Below, piece after piece: positions 1 to 12,789 of a DNA stretch of 64,000 nt. The translations under genes and the position numbers were made by a program. The stretch comes from Blastocladiella emersonii ATCC 22665 (lineage: Eukaryota > Fungi > Blastocladiomycota). Location: the NCBI GenBank assembly GCA_025594325.1, contig JANHCV010000005.1, forward strand, positions 2,046,001 to 2,110,000, read 5' to 3'. The notes under the pieces were generated by a model. It saw only the letters and a program-made list of their open reading frames with translations. It made no database searches and had not been told where the DNA came from. Within the stretch, counting starts at the first letter, position 1; each line of letters opens with the position of its first letter.

Positions 1-902
1 ACGGAGAAGAAGTGAACGTAGTTGACGAGCTTGAAGAGATCGTGGGCGAGGTCGATGTAAAACACCCAAACGGACTTGTTCTCCCATGCGCTTTCGCGAC
101 GCGCGTCATAGAGATTGATGAGATACTTGATGGCGATCACAACCATGGTTGAAATGAGAATTGTGTACTCAAAGTTGAAGAGAAGCATGACGCTCGGTCC
201 CGACCCACGGTACGTGTCCATTGCGGCGTTTGCGAGGGTGATATCGACCGCAAGCATGGCCATCATGAAGACCTGAAGACGGAAATGAGAGAGAAAGGGA
301 GATGTCGGAAGTTGCTCCATCTAGTACACGGTCGCACGACAAGTCAGCACTAAAACATGGTTGGTAGAGGGGGAGGGAAGCCCGACTGACGTACAATATC
401 TACGCGGTCAGCAGTGACCCAATGGAACATCTTGAGGACAAGCAGAACCACAAAGTAGAGAGCAAAGCGGGCATCAAACTCGTCGCGGAAGGTTGTCATC
501 GCAATGAGGAGTTCGGTAACAGCGAGCCAAGAGCGTTCGTATAGGTGTTCGACCTCGATGCCGCGGAGCGGCCCGAAAACCACCTTTTGGACCGAGCGCG
601 CGGCCAGGAAGATAAGCAAGAGCCCGAGGTTGGCGATCACCTAGGGCGGCGCGGGAAAAAGGTCAGTTCGCGCTGGTCAAGTCAACGAGAATAAGCCGGC
701 CTGGATGCTAGCAAGGTACCATCATGCTACCACCCGACTGGCTAAGCTGGATTCCAGCTGCGTAAAAGTGGCGACTCTGCTGCCAAGTGCTGGTGACGAC
801 CAACCCGGCAAGGCCGGCCGAGATAACACCATACGTAAGCATTCGTGAGGATGGCAATGACCAGCGGCCGCCGCGGCGATTGACGGTAGTAGTCGGCGGC
901 AT
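1..902 (-). CDS. HRD1: HRD1/synoviolin-type ERAD E3 ubiquitin ligase, 5' part (membrane domain); continues beyond the left edge
   Basis: Spliced model: exons 902-720, 640-395, 320-<1; GT-AG introns 719-641 and 394-321. The translation includes FGPLRGIEVEHLYERSW, MTTFRDEFD, LKMFHWVTADRVDI-MEQ, LFNFEYTIL and AWENKSVWVFYIDL, which match the HRD1/SYVN1 N-terminal region. The start could be Met 902 or Met 842. The RING domain lies outside the window. Confidence 0.9.
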
Positions 903-1238
903 TCCGGCGCGTGGGGGTCGGGCGACTAGTACGATGCAGTGACTCTTCAAGTTAGCGCGGGATAAACAGCGTGCGTGAAGCTTGATGCATCAACTCTCGA
1001 TTGCGCCAAGTGACGGCGAAAGCTGACGACGTCAGAGTCCGCAGGGAAGGGAGGAAGACGTGGGCGGCTTGCATGGCGCGGTGGCGGAACGCGTAGATCG
1101 GACGTTGCACACGTGCGCCCATGTGTTTGTTCGACGCGTCGACAACGTAGCACCTGGAGACAACAAATTTTGTGTGCGAGGGAAAAGAAAGAGACTGATA
1201 TATAAAAATGCGTGTCCGCCCATCATCCACTGTTCACT

Positions 1239-4200
1239 TTACTCGTCGTTGATCCGGCAAGCCGCCCGCATCTCCATCGTGAGACTACGGTTCAGCACAC
1301 TCTCGCGCATCTTGAACATGTCGTGCTCGAGCTCCAGCAGGGTCGCTGCAGACCACGCCTGGGTTGGGCAGCTCCCGTTGCACTTGGACCCGTTGCGGTT
1401 GGTGAGTTCAGGGAGACCTGCCCAGCTCGACGAGTTGATGTGCACGCGCGCCGGAAGCAGCCGGGAGTTGATGACCTGGAGCGTGTGCTTGAGCCGGTCC
1501 GCCTGGGTGTCTCCGGGGAGCGCGCTGAGCTCCAGCGCCTCGGGGCTTGGCACGAGCCCCATCGCACTCCACTCGGACGCATCCGGACGCAAAGTACCGA
1601 AATGAAGAAGCGCGCGGTACAGGTGCCCGGCGAGCCAAAGCCACTCCGGCCCCTGGTGATAATTCCACCCGTGGGCTACAGTCTTGTCCGTCCCGTCGTT
1701 ACCGTTGTCGTAGTCGCCTCGGTAAGCGGGGTCCGCTGGATCCAGAGTGCGCACCCCGAGCGGGCCAGCCAGGTGCTCGAGACCCTGCTGAAGCGCAATG
1801 GCGGCGTGTACCGGGTTGAAAAGCTCCGGGTACTATAGTTCCGCGCAAAGGTGGCCGTTAGTCCTCTGGCACTACTAACTGGCAGCCAAACAAGGGGACG
1901 CGACACGTACGATGGCCATGGCAACAAACTGGTTTGGACGGAACTGGTAGTCGGCGCGCGGATCTGCTCCTCCGTACGTGTCCTTGAAGATTCCGCGCCG
2001 CTGGACGTGCGCCAGGGCCAAATTGGCACCTGCGGCCTCCCATACAGCCTGCTCGGACAACAGCGGCACGTACATGTGCAAGGCAAAGGACCGCTTCAGA
2101 AGGCCGAGCCACTCCCCCCACGCCACGATCCGGTCAAGCGGTGCGGGGGCGGTAACGCCAGGTACAGTAATGGTACCCTCGTCGTAGAGTGAATCGAGCC
2201 ACGCGATGCAGCTCGCAAGCAGAGCCTGAAGCTCAATATCAGCGCCGTCGCGGGGCGTTGCGGGCTGGCCTGCATTGCCTGCCTTGTGCGAGTCACCCAT
2301 CTACATCAAGGACCAGGGGAAGTTGGTCAGGTCAGGCTCGAAACAAGAAAATGATCAGGTAGTCTCCGGTCCGCACCTTGTCCATCCAGGTGCCGCAGTT
2401 CCACGGGTTGCCGCCGCAAACAAAGCCAGTCGACCAATCGATGAAGGCGTCGACCTGGAAGCCGTCGTCTTTCATGGCGTGGTCCAAATTGGGACCTGCA
2501 TTCCACTCGCGGAAGTGAATGCCACTGGCATGGCGCTGCAAGGCCTCGATCAAGAGGTCGAGGACCGTGGTCGAAGTGGAGAACGCGCTCGGATCGTCCC
2601 AGTGGACGAAAGTGTCCCCTGGGAACCGGCGCGGCAGACGCACTTCGAGGAAAGCATTGCCCTCGGGCGACCCAGTACAATAATCCTGCACACTTTGCAC
2701 AAACCACCAAACGGCGTCGCGCGCGTTATAGCGCGGGTACCGGCCGCTGTCGAGAAGGTTTGGGATCAATCCATGGCGCATCGTCGAGCCAAAAGCGAGA
2801 AGATGGGCCCGAGCCAAGTCAAACTGCTCGGTGATGAGGTACATGCCTTTGAGGGAGATGAAAACGTCGCGCCCCCAGCAGCGCATGTGCTGCGTCGAAA
2901 AGTGTGGCAGCCCTACGCACCGAGCGCACCGAACAGGTCAGTTGGATTACAGAGTTGTGTGGAGACGAGGAAGAGGATATGTACCGGCAGCCAAAGAGGG
3001 GAGAGGCTTCCGCGGGTCCAGGGATGCGCTCCGCACGACGCTCGTCAGCTGGACCGAGGTCAAGGCGAGCTGCTCGACAAATTTAGGGCTTTTGGCAACA
3101 AATCGGCCCAGCTTCTTGGACGCCGACGTGTGCGCAGCGCTACAGGCTGTCATGATAACGACCGAAAAGTACTTGGGAGCCAGGTAGTGAGGAACCGTTT
3201 TAATGAGATCGAACCGCTCGCGGAGCCATTCAGCGACTGCAGCAACTGCGCCAGTTGCATGACCATCACGAACTAGGCGTTCAAGGCGACCGACGGTGTA
3301 GTCCATGAGCCACGCGCCATCGCGTAGATTGGTGCACATCGGGTGGCCGAGGTCGTTGCGCTGCATGATCCCCCGAAGCACGGACGCAATGCCCTCGAGA
3401 CCACAGTACGAAAGCGGACCGTAGCCGGGAACGTCGTAGACACCGCCTCCGTGCTCCCGCTCCTCTGCATCGCTCTGGAACAACAACAAGCCATGGTCTC
3501 GCAGCGTCAAAGCGTCGCAGAGGAGGGAAAGGCCGCTCCGTAGAGTCCCCTCCAGGGTCTCCAATTCGTGAAGGCTCGCAAGCCGGTCGGCAGTCGTGAT
3601 CCAAGTCTCGAAGATGAAAGCCGTGCCGGGTGCGGTAGCTGGGTCAATTGAGACCGTGGTGTTCCCTTGGTCGTCAGTGGTAATGCGGCACTGAGAGCGA
3701 GTGTCCACGAGGTGCGCTGGAATGCCAAGGATGAATCCGCCCGTCTCTGAGTCCTTGGGGGCAGGCCCATCAACCTGGACTCCGTGAGCAGCAATGAAGC
3801 GCGCCTGGGTACGTTTGAGAATAACCGGGTTCAAAGAGCTCGAAACGGACGTGTTCCGAAAGCCGGTCCGTGCGATGAGCACCACGCCGCGATGCTGAAC
3901 GGGATCTTGGCGGTAGACAATGACGTAGTCGTTCTCTTGGTGGACGTACAGCTCAGAAAAGTGCTCGCGGGCCATGCGCTGGTGCAAATCGTTGAGCGTT
4001 TGGCGGAACGGATGCATCCCCTGCGTCTCCGCGAGGGGAGGGTAGTGGCGCTGCTCGTGGACAATATCCGAAGCTTTTGGCGGGAAGATGTCGTAGCCGA
4101 GTGTAGTGCCCACGGCACAGCAAGTCATCGCAACCAAGGCGGCGTTGGAAATCGAGTCCTGGACAGTCCGCTTCTCTGCGACAGCTGGGTTATCGTGTGT

Positions 4201-6556
4201 GCAATCGTAGAAGAGGGCGTGAGGTTCAGAAGCACGGACGTCAATGAACTACATGCGTGGGTGAGCGAACGTCCTGCAAATTCACTCGTGAGCGACGTAC
4301 CTCATGCGGGTGGGAGGTACAATGGGTCGATGACGTGTTGGACGAGCGGAAGGATCCCACCGGATCGCCCGAGTACCGGTGAATGAGACGGGACAGCTCA
4401 GTAGGGTCCCACGCCTGCATTGCTTCGCGGATAAGCGAGTTGATCCCGAGCTTGGCAACAAAGAATCGGTCGACCTCCGAATCCCCAGTGAAGAGCTCGG
4501 CGACAACGTATAGGTCGGGACGGACAGTTCGCGCCGTGTCGAGGAGGTATTGCGCGACGTGAATTGGAGTTGAGTGGCAGTTGTCGATGCGGAAGCCGTG
4601 GAAGTGCTTCGCCATGAGGCGGGTGTACTCGGCCATGTGATCCCAAAGCCACGGTGCGTCTGCGCGGGACTGCCCGTAGCGCAGTTTGACGCAGTCGCCC
4701 CACACGATCACCTCGCGCCGGAGGTAGGCGCGCGACTTTGGCGACGCAAAGTCCACGAGCGGGTTCGCGTTCCAAATCCAGCCGTTGTTGGCCCACGCCA
4801 GCTCAGGTCGGAACGCTTTCTCACAGAGGGCAATGTTGTCGCAATCAAGCGAGTCGAGGAATCCCCGCGTGAAGTAGGACCATACGAGGGGTGTTTCGCG
4901 AGACACAGGCCCGAGCTTGGGGCCGTCTGCAGCGATTCGCTGCCAGCGGACAGTGTTGGTGATGTTGGTGAAAATGGCACGCACATCATCGTCGTATGCC
5001 GTGTACAGAGGGAGGTTGATCTCGTTCAGGACAGAAACGAGCTCTTCCTCCAGGTCCTCGACGCTTGGTTCACCCGGTGAACGTGGCCGCGGAACATTCG
5101 AGAGCGCGGAAGCGACGGCCGTGGAGGAAGCAGGCGCCGTTTCGGCCGAGGTCACTGCGGGAGAAGCGGCGTTACCGCTCGCGGTGGAACAACGCAGAGC
5201 AACACGCTCACGGCGCCACGCCTCGAGGTAGCGAATGCACGCGTCGGATGAGATAGACTTGGCGAAGCGATCCCCGAACTGCCCATCGACCAGACCGTGA
5301 CGTTTGAGGCGCTCAGCGCGTGCGGCAAGGGGCAGTGCAAACACACCAGAAAAGTTAGCGACATCGAGAGCAAGGCGGAGGTGTGGGTCGAGAGTAAGCC
5401 ATGCCGTTCTGGCAGCACACGAGACGGCGGCCACGTCGAGGACGTAGTACTCCCAAAGGCGAAGGGCCTTGAAAGGTCCGTCGCGGAAAGCGGTCAAAGC
5501 CTGAGCCAGGTCCTCCTCGCAGGCAATGACACTCGGGAGCCCGTGCTCGGTGACGAGGGTGGCCGAAAAGTTCACAATCGCATCGTCGAGCTCGTAAGCC
5601 GGGCGAAGGTGCGGCGAATTGACCAGGTTGTAGCCCGACTCTGGATGCGAGCGGAGCCAGGCCGAGTTGCAGGCCGTGTGGTTCCATACCACGTCGGTCA
5701 TGGACAGGATGGCGAGGTCCTGGTCAAGGTGGTCTACGAAACGCCGAAGCTCGGCGAAACGGCCGTCCGCATCCGTGGGCGGGGCGGCGTCGCCGACAAA
5801 CAAGTTCGGGTCGAGGTCGAGCTGGTCAAAGAGCGAGTAAGGGGAACCCGAAATCCCGCGCGGCTGGAGCGGTACAAAGTGCACCATGTTGTAGCGCAGC
5901 TTGGACAGCACACGAAATTGCTTGTCCCAATCGCGGAGCGGGCCCAACCACTTGGGGACCACGGTCAGCAGGACGACGGCATCGAGGGAAGCAGGAGCAA
6001 GCAAGCGACGCTCGTCCTCCGCTGAGCCGCCCGTCGTGGCGCCCAGGTGAGGCGCGATGCGCAGGCAAAGCGAGGGCTCGACGAGAAAGTAGCCAGTCTC
6101 GGTGCGGTGCGCCGAGGACTCGGGTGGACCGTACTCGACGTGGTACTCAAAGGCACCCGGGAGCGCCACGTCGATCTCGACGTACGCATCGTTCACGTAG
6201 TCGTAGTGGAAGGGGACCGCGTGGAAGGATGAGCGCTGGAAAGCGGCGGCGGCCTCGGCGGCCGGCGACACGCCAACGGGGTAATTCGTCACGAGGCGCG
6301 CCTGGTCGGCGAGCAAGTCGACGCCGGCGCGCAGCAGGAAGCGCAGGCGGTGTGCGGCATCCGGGGCTCGCCGCGGCGGCAGGCGCACCAGGGGCAGTGC
6401 GTAGCGCGGTGCGTCGAGCTTGAACTGGAGGATCGGGGCGCGGGTGGGGGCCGCGGAGTCGCCGTCACCGTAGACGCCCGGGAGATGGTGGACGCTCTCC
6501 GAGTGTGCCGTGCGCATGCGTCCCGAGTTGGGCGGCGCCACGGCCGAGACGTGCAT
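1239..6556 (-). CDS. GDB1: Glycogen debranching enzyme (4-alpha-glucanotransferase / amylo-1,6-glucosidase), AGL/GDB1 family
   Basis: Exons 6556-4301, 4248-2985, 2912-2377, 2300-1911, 1832-1239 join in frame across GT-AG introns. Family motifs are intact: DVVWNHTA, YLRREVIVWGDCVKLRYG, FRIDNCHSTP, YVVAELFTG, HALFYDCTHDN, MRCWGRDVFIS, RYNARDAVWWF, NCGTWMDKMG, YHQGPEW, QAWS. Confidence 0.96.
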
Positions 6557-6987
6557 GTTGGGGGCAATGGATGCGGGGCACTGGTGTTGGCGAGCGCGGG
6601 ACGAGAGCAGGGCGGGGCAAGTTCCGCTGGATTAGCAGCAGCAGGAGCGACCGTTGCGGTTGCGGTTGCGGTAGGAGCGAAGTGTGCAAGAGGGGCGGCG
6701 GCGGGGCAGCGGCAGGGCGAGTCCAAAGGCGGTGGTTCGAAAAACGGTTACGCGTCGCTCATGCGTGTGCATCATGTGCCGCCATGGGACCGCGGACCTC
6801 GGGTGGCGCACCGCCGCGGGAGGCTGCTGCCACCCCCACCCTGCCACCCACCCCTGCTGCTGCACAGAGCGGCAGCGCCTTCGCGGCAGCCTTCGCGGCC
6901 CACCGACTGGCCGCTTCCTCCCTCGATCGCACGAGTCCCCCGCTTGCGACCGACCCCGGTGCAAACAGCACTTGTTGCAACGAAACC
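6557..6987. promoter_or_regulatory. Probable bidirectional promoter between divergent GDB1 and intersectin-like genes
   Basis: Only 431 bp separate the two opposing start codons, so both promoters must lie here. This is a positional inference; no specific motif was identified. Confidence 0.5.
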
Positions 6988-9900
6988 ATGAACGCACCGC
7001 CCGGCAGCGGACCGCTGCCGGCCCCGCCCTCGTTCGTGCCGCCCGCCGACGTGCAGACCTACTCGCAGCTCTTTGCCGCTTCGGCCGGCAACGACTTCCG
7101 CGCCCGCATCCCCGGTATGCCTCCCCTCCGTGTGTAAAGCGCACGCCCAGTGAGCTGACGGATTGCCGTCATGCGTGCCCGCCCCGATCCTAGCCAATGC
7201 CGCCCGGGCCATCCTCGTGAAGAGCGGCGTCGCGAACGAGGTCCTCGCCCGCATTTGGGGCCTCGCCGACACCTCGTCGACCGGCGCCCTGACCTTTGCT
7301 GAGTTTTGCCTCGCCATGGCCCTCGTCAAGCGCGCCATGGAGTCGCCCGCCAACGTGCCCCCGACCCTCCCGCACCACATTCGCAATGAGATCATGTCCC
7401 TGAACATCCAGCTTGGCGTCGGCGCTGGCCTTGGCGCGAGCCCCGCACCGTCCCCTGCACCGCCCATGCCCTCGTCGTTCTCGGGCTCCGCGCTTGGCCC
7501 CGCCTCCGTGTCTGCCTCCTCGAGTCTTTCAAACCTTTCCGCCCTGGCCGCTGCCACCGCGGTGCCTGCCCATCTGCCCAAGTCCACCAGCGCCGGCGCT
7601 CTGGGCGCCTGGACATCGTCCTCGGGCGCTTCTGTTTCGCTCCCGCGTGCCGCCCCTGGAAGTCAGGTGGGGTCTGGTACCGGCTTGGCCATGTCTGCCA
7701 TGACCGTGCCCGGCATCATGGCCTCGCTCGCCACGCCGCCCACTGCCGCCTCGACAGCGCGCGTGCCCACGGGAGAGTGGCTCATCTCTCACGATGAAAA
7801 GCTCAAGTACCTATCACTCTTCAAATCCTGGGACTCGGCCGGCGTGGGTTACCTCTCGGGTGAGCAGTGCCGCGAAATCTTTGCTACCGCGGGTCTGCCG
7901 CAGAACATTCTGCAGCACATTTGGTCGCTCGCCGATATCCACAATGCGGGTAAGCTCAATTCCGACGAGTTTGCCATTGCCATGCACCTCATTTACAAGA
8001 AACTGAGCAACGTTGACCTCCCGTCCACGCTTCCGCCCGGGCTCGTACCCTCGTCGCAAAAGGACCTCGACAACTCGGTCTCCTTCATGAAGGACCGTCT
8101 CATGCAGCAGATGCTAATCGAGAAGATGGCTTCCGCCAACTCACCGGCATGGGTGCGCTCGGCATCGCCCTCGGGCCCTACAGGCAGCGTCCGCTCGCAC
8201 AGCTCGACGGCGGCTCCTGCCGGCGCACCCGGCGCGTCAGGGGCTTCAGCTGACCCTGCCGTCGGCTACGTCTCCAAGCACCGCCGGCGCCCGCTTGCTG
8301 GTGCGGCCAACGCTGCGCCGTCCGACCCCGCTGTTGCCGAACGCCTCACTGAGCTGCAGCGCCAGATTGACCAGACACGGGAGCTGCTTACGCTGAAACG
8401 TGACCAGGCCCAGCGCATTCGCCTTGCCCAAGGCAAACTTGAGGACCCAGACCTCGTGCGCTCGCTGCATGGGCAGGTGATTGACCTCCAGCGCGTGCTT
8501 CGCAGCCTCAAGGCTCAGTACGAGGACAAGCTGCGCTCGGGCATTGTCTTACCCGATACGGCTGGCCCGACCGCAAATGCGCGCGGCGCACGCGAGCGTG
8601 AGGACATGGTTCGGACCATTCTTACTCTTCGTGAGAAGCTGAACGGTATCCTCCTCAAGGTCTTCAAACTGCGCGACATGAAAAAGTACAAGTACGCGCC
8701 CATTCCAGAGCAGTCTTCGATCAACATTTCGTCTCTTTTGCATGCCACGCAGCGCGCGCCTGGCTCGCCTGCCACTCTGGCCTCTGCGACCATGTCGGAA
8801 GAGGAGCGTCGGAAGCAAAAGGCGGCCGAAATGCTTGCTCAGCGCATGGCTGCGCTCAACGTCACTTCAGACTCGGCCTCAGGCGCCAAAAAGCTTTCTT
8901 CCGCCCAGGAGGAGGCGAAACTGCGCATCCAGGCCGAGTCGGATCGTCTCACAGCTTCGTACCGCGAGCTGGAGGGGAAGCTTAAGGCACTTTCGAGCCC
9001 CGAATCAGCGCAAGAACTTTTGGGCCAGTTCCAGGCCAAGCTGGCCGTCATTGCTGAGCTTTTGCGCCCTGTCGAGCTGCCTGAAGTGTACGCCAAGCAA
9101 TCGTCTCGTATTGAGCCGGCGCTTTCACCGCAGACCAAGCCCCCCGCGCAACCTCTGCCTGCTGCTTCGCCTGTCGCGGTCGCGGATGGCCCCGCGTCCG
9201 TGACCATCAACCGGCCTTCAACCTTTGCCGACGACTCGATGCTGAAGCAATTCAGCAAAATCACTGGACAGGCCGCTGGCCAAGCTTCTGCCGCTGCGTA
9301 TGACCGCTCGCCTGGACTGTCCACTTGGCAAGCAGTGCAGCAGCCTGGTCACCACGACGCACACAACTCCACCTCAACCTCGTCCGCGCGGCCAAACGTC
9401 CCGACGGTGCTGACCACCAATGAAAACGGCATCCCTCCTGATTGGACGTCACTGCTCACCAACCCCACCACCACGGGCCTGGCGACCATGGCCCCGTCCA
9501 AGTCGCCGCAGCTCACCGCTTCGGTTACTCGTAACTTGCCAAAGCCAGGCGACGACGACCTTACGCAGGCTGCGGCGAACGAGCCTACCTCTCCTCCCCC
9601 TTCCTCGGCATTCCAACGAAAGCTCTCAACCGATTGGCTGGCGACGTCGGGACCCACCTCCAAGCATACCGATCCGTTTGCTCCTGACGCCTCTGTGCCT
9701 TCGGTCCCGCCGCTTCCCTTCCCAGCCAAGACGGTCAAGACTGAACCACCCCCGCTTGCAGAGTCGTCTTTTCCGCCACCCCCTCCGCCGGCCATCGAGT
9801 TCCCTGACCCGTTCAATGCGGCTGGGTCCCCGACAGACCCGTCACTTGTGGATTTGCAGCATAACTTGCAAGGCGCAGCCTCCCTGTCCGCGTCTGGCTC

Positions 9901-12640
9901 TCGCTCTGTGTTTGAGGCCACGGCAATGCCTGCTCAAGTCCTTTCCTCGGACCCGTTCGCCTCGCTGCTTGAGCCATGTGCGGCTCCAGCGGGAAACTCT
10001 GATTCCGACCCGTCCTCGAATCCCTTCGCCGATATCACCGCGCCCGCCGTTTCCTCTCAAATCGCCAGCATCACCGACAGTCTGGAGCCACTGGCCACCA
10101 CTTTGGTCCGCGCCCTGTACGATTGCCCCCCTGATCCGAAAGCGGACGACCTCGTTTTCCGCGAAGACGACCTGATCGAGGTCATCAAGTCGGACGGCGA
10201 CTGGATGTGGGGCCGTGTGAAGGGTGGCCAGCGCGAAGGATGGTTCCCAGCAAACTACACGGTCTCCGCATCTGCAACTGCGTTTGCATCACTGCCCGCG
10301 GATCCTCCTGTCGCCACCATCCTTGCCGAGCCTGCTCCTGGGCTTGTCCTCTACGATTACACGGCAGCCGAACCGGATGAGCTCACTGTTTTTGAAAATG
10401 ACGAAGTGACCATCCTCGACACCTCGGATCCAGATTGGTGGCGTGTCGCGGGGCCAAATGGCACCGATGGGCTCGTGCCAGCTACCTACGTTCAACGTAT
10501 GTGAATTCGTCCTCCTACTTTCCACTGCACTGTTTGCACACGGCTCGGCATTCCTCGCTCCCATATTCTCGCTAGCTGTCACAATACATCAGCTCACCGC
10601 TCAACTTTTCTCGTCAGCCACTCCCCTTGCGCACTCCACATTCGAAACATTGACAAAGGGGAAGAGAAATGCAACTGACGGCTCCTCCAATCACTGGTTT
10701 GTAGGTGCTGCTGCAGAGGCTAACCAGCTTGTTGCTGTCAGTCACAACTCCACTTCCGCTCAAGCTTCCGAGTGGCTCGCGGCTCCTTCGCTCCGAAACA
10801 AGGTCAGCTCGAAATCAATGCAATCTCAAGGGACCACCTGGTCGGCCGCCATGTACCCAAAACTGGTCGAGTCGCTTTCGCCCCTTGAAAGGCGGCGGCA
10901 GGAAGCCATCTTTGAGCTGATTGTTTCAGAAAAAGCTTACGTGCGTGATCTCGAAACCGTCATGGACGTCTACATCCAGCCGCTCCTTGGGCCGGACGCC
11001 GCTTTGATCCCACCAGGCACAGTGGAAAAGATTTTCGGTCCCTGGGAGGAGCTGCTCGTCACCAACGTCGCTTATCTTAGCGATCTTGATTTGGCACAGG
11101 AGAAAGACGACGGCCTCGTGGAAGCCCCTGGAGCGGTTATTCTCAAACACGTACATAGCGAGGAGGCTTCGTCGCGACCGCTGCTCACATCATATTGACT
11201 AACCTCTTGTCACCTCCCCCTCTCCTTCCAAAATTCATTTCCGACTGGTTGATATAGATGAGCAACATGGCGTGCTATCTTCCTTACTGCGCACACCAGC
11301 AGCAAGCACTCAAAGTCTTCACCGAGCTGCTGGATTCCAATTCGCATTTTCGCGCGTTTCTTCAACGGTGCCAAGCTGATCCACGGTGCCAGCATCTGGA
11401 TCTTTCCTCGTTTCTTCTCAAGCCGATGCAACGGTCCGTATCCCGTCCAACCGTGCAAGTTTGCTGACTTCCGGTCCACGCCCTGACGCCTTTGATCACA
11501 CTGTAGCATTACGCGGTACCCGCTTCTTGTGAAGCAAATTCTGCACCACACCTCGAAAGAGCACTCCGATTACGAGGACCTTCGTAGTGCACTACTGTTG
11601 GCCGAGCGTGTACTACGCGAGGCCAACGAAAGTGCGCGTGACGAGGAAACTCGCAAGACCGTTGCGCGCATTGTTCGCAACGTTGACTTGCGTGTTGGTT
11701 CCAACGTACGTGTATCGATCTTGATTTTCAGCGTTTGGTTTGAGCGCCGCCACTAACCCTCGATCACACGACTTGTTTCCTTCAAACTCGTAGACGTTGG
11801 ATCTTCAGAGTCCCACGCGACTCCTTGGGCGCCGGTATTTCATTTTCGAGGGTCCCCTGCAGAAGGCCAAGAGCGGGCGCGTGCTCTACGGTTATCTGTT
11901 CAATGACTTGCTTCTGCTTACAGAAGAACGGCGGTCGGATCGCGGGCACCCGTACTCTGTCTACCGCGCTCCGATCCCGCTTGACGTGACGACCGTTGAG
12001 CGTGGGGACCCGACTCAAAGTACCATCTTTAAGCTGCTTGTGTCCGACAGCCAGGTCGCCCCAGACGGATCCCTTGTCCTGCGATGTGATGATCAATCCA
12101 GCCGGAGCAACTGGGTGCGGTTGATTGAGTCAGCCACGCGACTCGCATCAGCTGCTGGCACCACATGTTCCGGCGGAAGCGGAGCAGCTATCGGCTCGCT
12201 GCGCATCGAAGTTGTTGAGGGCTCAAACATTTACAGCCCGAATCCCTCGGCCAAGCTCAACTTGCTCTGTGAGGTTTCCCTGCCAAACGACAAGTCTCGC
12301 ACTCGACCATTTTCGGCAACCCACCCGCGGTGGAACCAGGTACGAAGCGTGCATCAATGGTCTCTCAAAGGTCACCTGTGCTAACCAACGCGTTTTGCCA
12401 CGTACGTAGACCCTTTTCCTCTCGGTTCGGTCTCTTGACGACACCCTCAGGCTCGTTGTATTGAACGCCTTTGACAAGTATTCGCAAGAAGACTACCTGG
12501 GGACGGCCGAACTTCCGCTGCACACCCTCGAGTACTACGGTGACAAAGAAGTCAGTCAGGTTCTCCCGCTTCAAAATGGTGTCCAGGGAGCTCAACTTCG
12601 CGTCAAGCTACAGTACCGCAGCCTTACCAGCCACAAGTGA
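6988..12640 (+). CDS. ITSN: Intersectin-like endocytic scaffold / Rho GEF (EH-EH-CC-DPF/NPF-SH3-SH3-DH-PH-C2)
   Basis: Exons about 6988-7114, 7194-10496, 10576-11150, 11258-11433, 11507-11705, 11794-12339, 12410-12640. Introns are GT-AG with compatible phases, several with CTAAC/CTGAC branch sites; splicing in 10497-10741 is less certain. Domains seen: EH (LARIWGLADT..EFCLAM; LQHIWSLADI..DEFAIAMHLI), SH3 (ALYD..GWFPANY; VLYDY..DWW..GLVPATYV), DH (ERRRQEAIFELIVSEKAYVRDL; LLKPMQRITRYPLL), PH (KAKSGRVLYGYLFNDLLLLT) and C2 (LRIEVVEG..DYLGTAEL). Confidence 0.9.
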
Positions 12641-12789
12641 TCAATGTCGTGGCCTGATTTTCGTTTCTATATATCGCTGTTCACTCCGAGCCGTCCGTGA
12701 CCACATCAACATAATACCGGCTGGCTTTTCGTGGATCGCAAGCAGCGCAGAAGTATCCTACGGTTGCCCTTGAGCTGATCGAATCTCAA

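Noticed and set aside
1060-12595. Long opposite-strand or alternate-frame ORFs over the three genes (e.g. 2275-3276 +, 5297-6025 +, 6772-7587 -, 9420-10175 +)
   Set aside because: These are shadows of GC-rich coding sequence with no recognisable motifs; the overlapping spliced genes explain the sequence.
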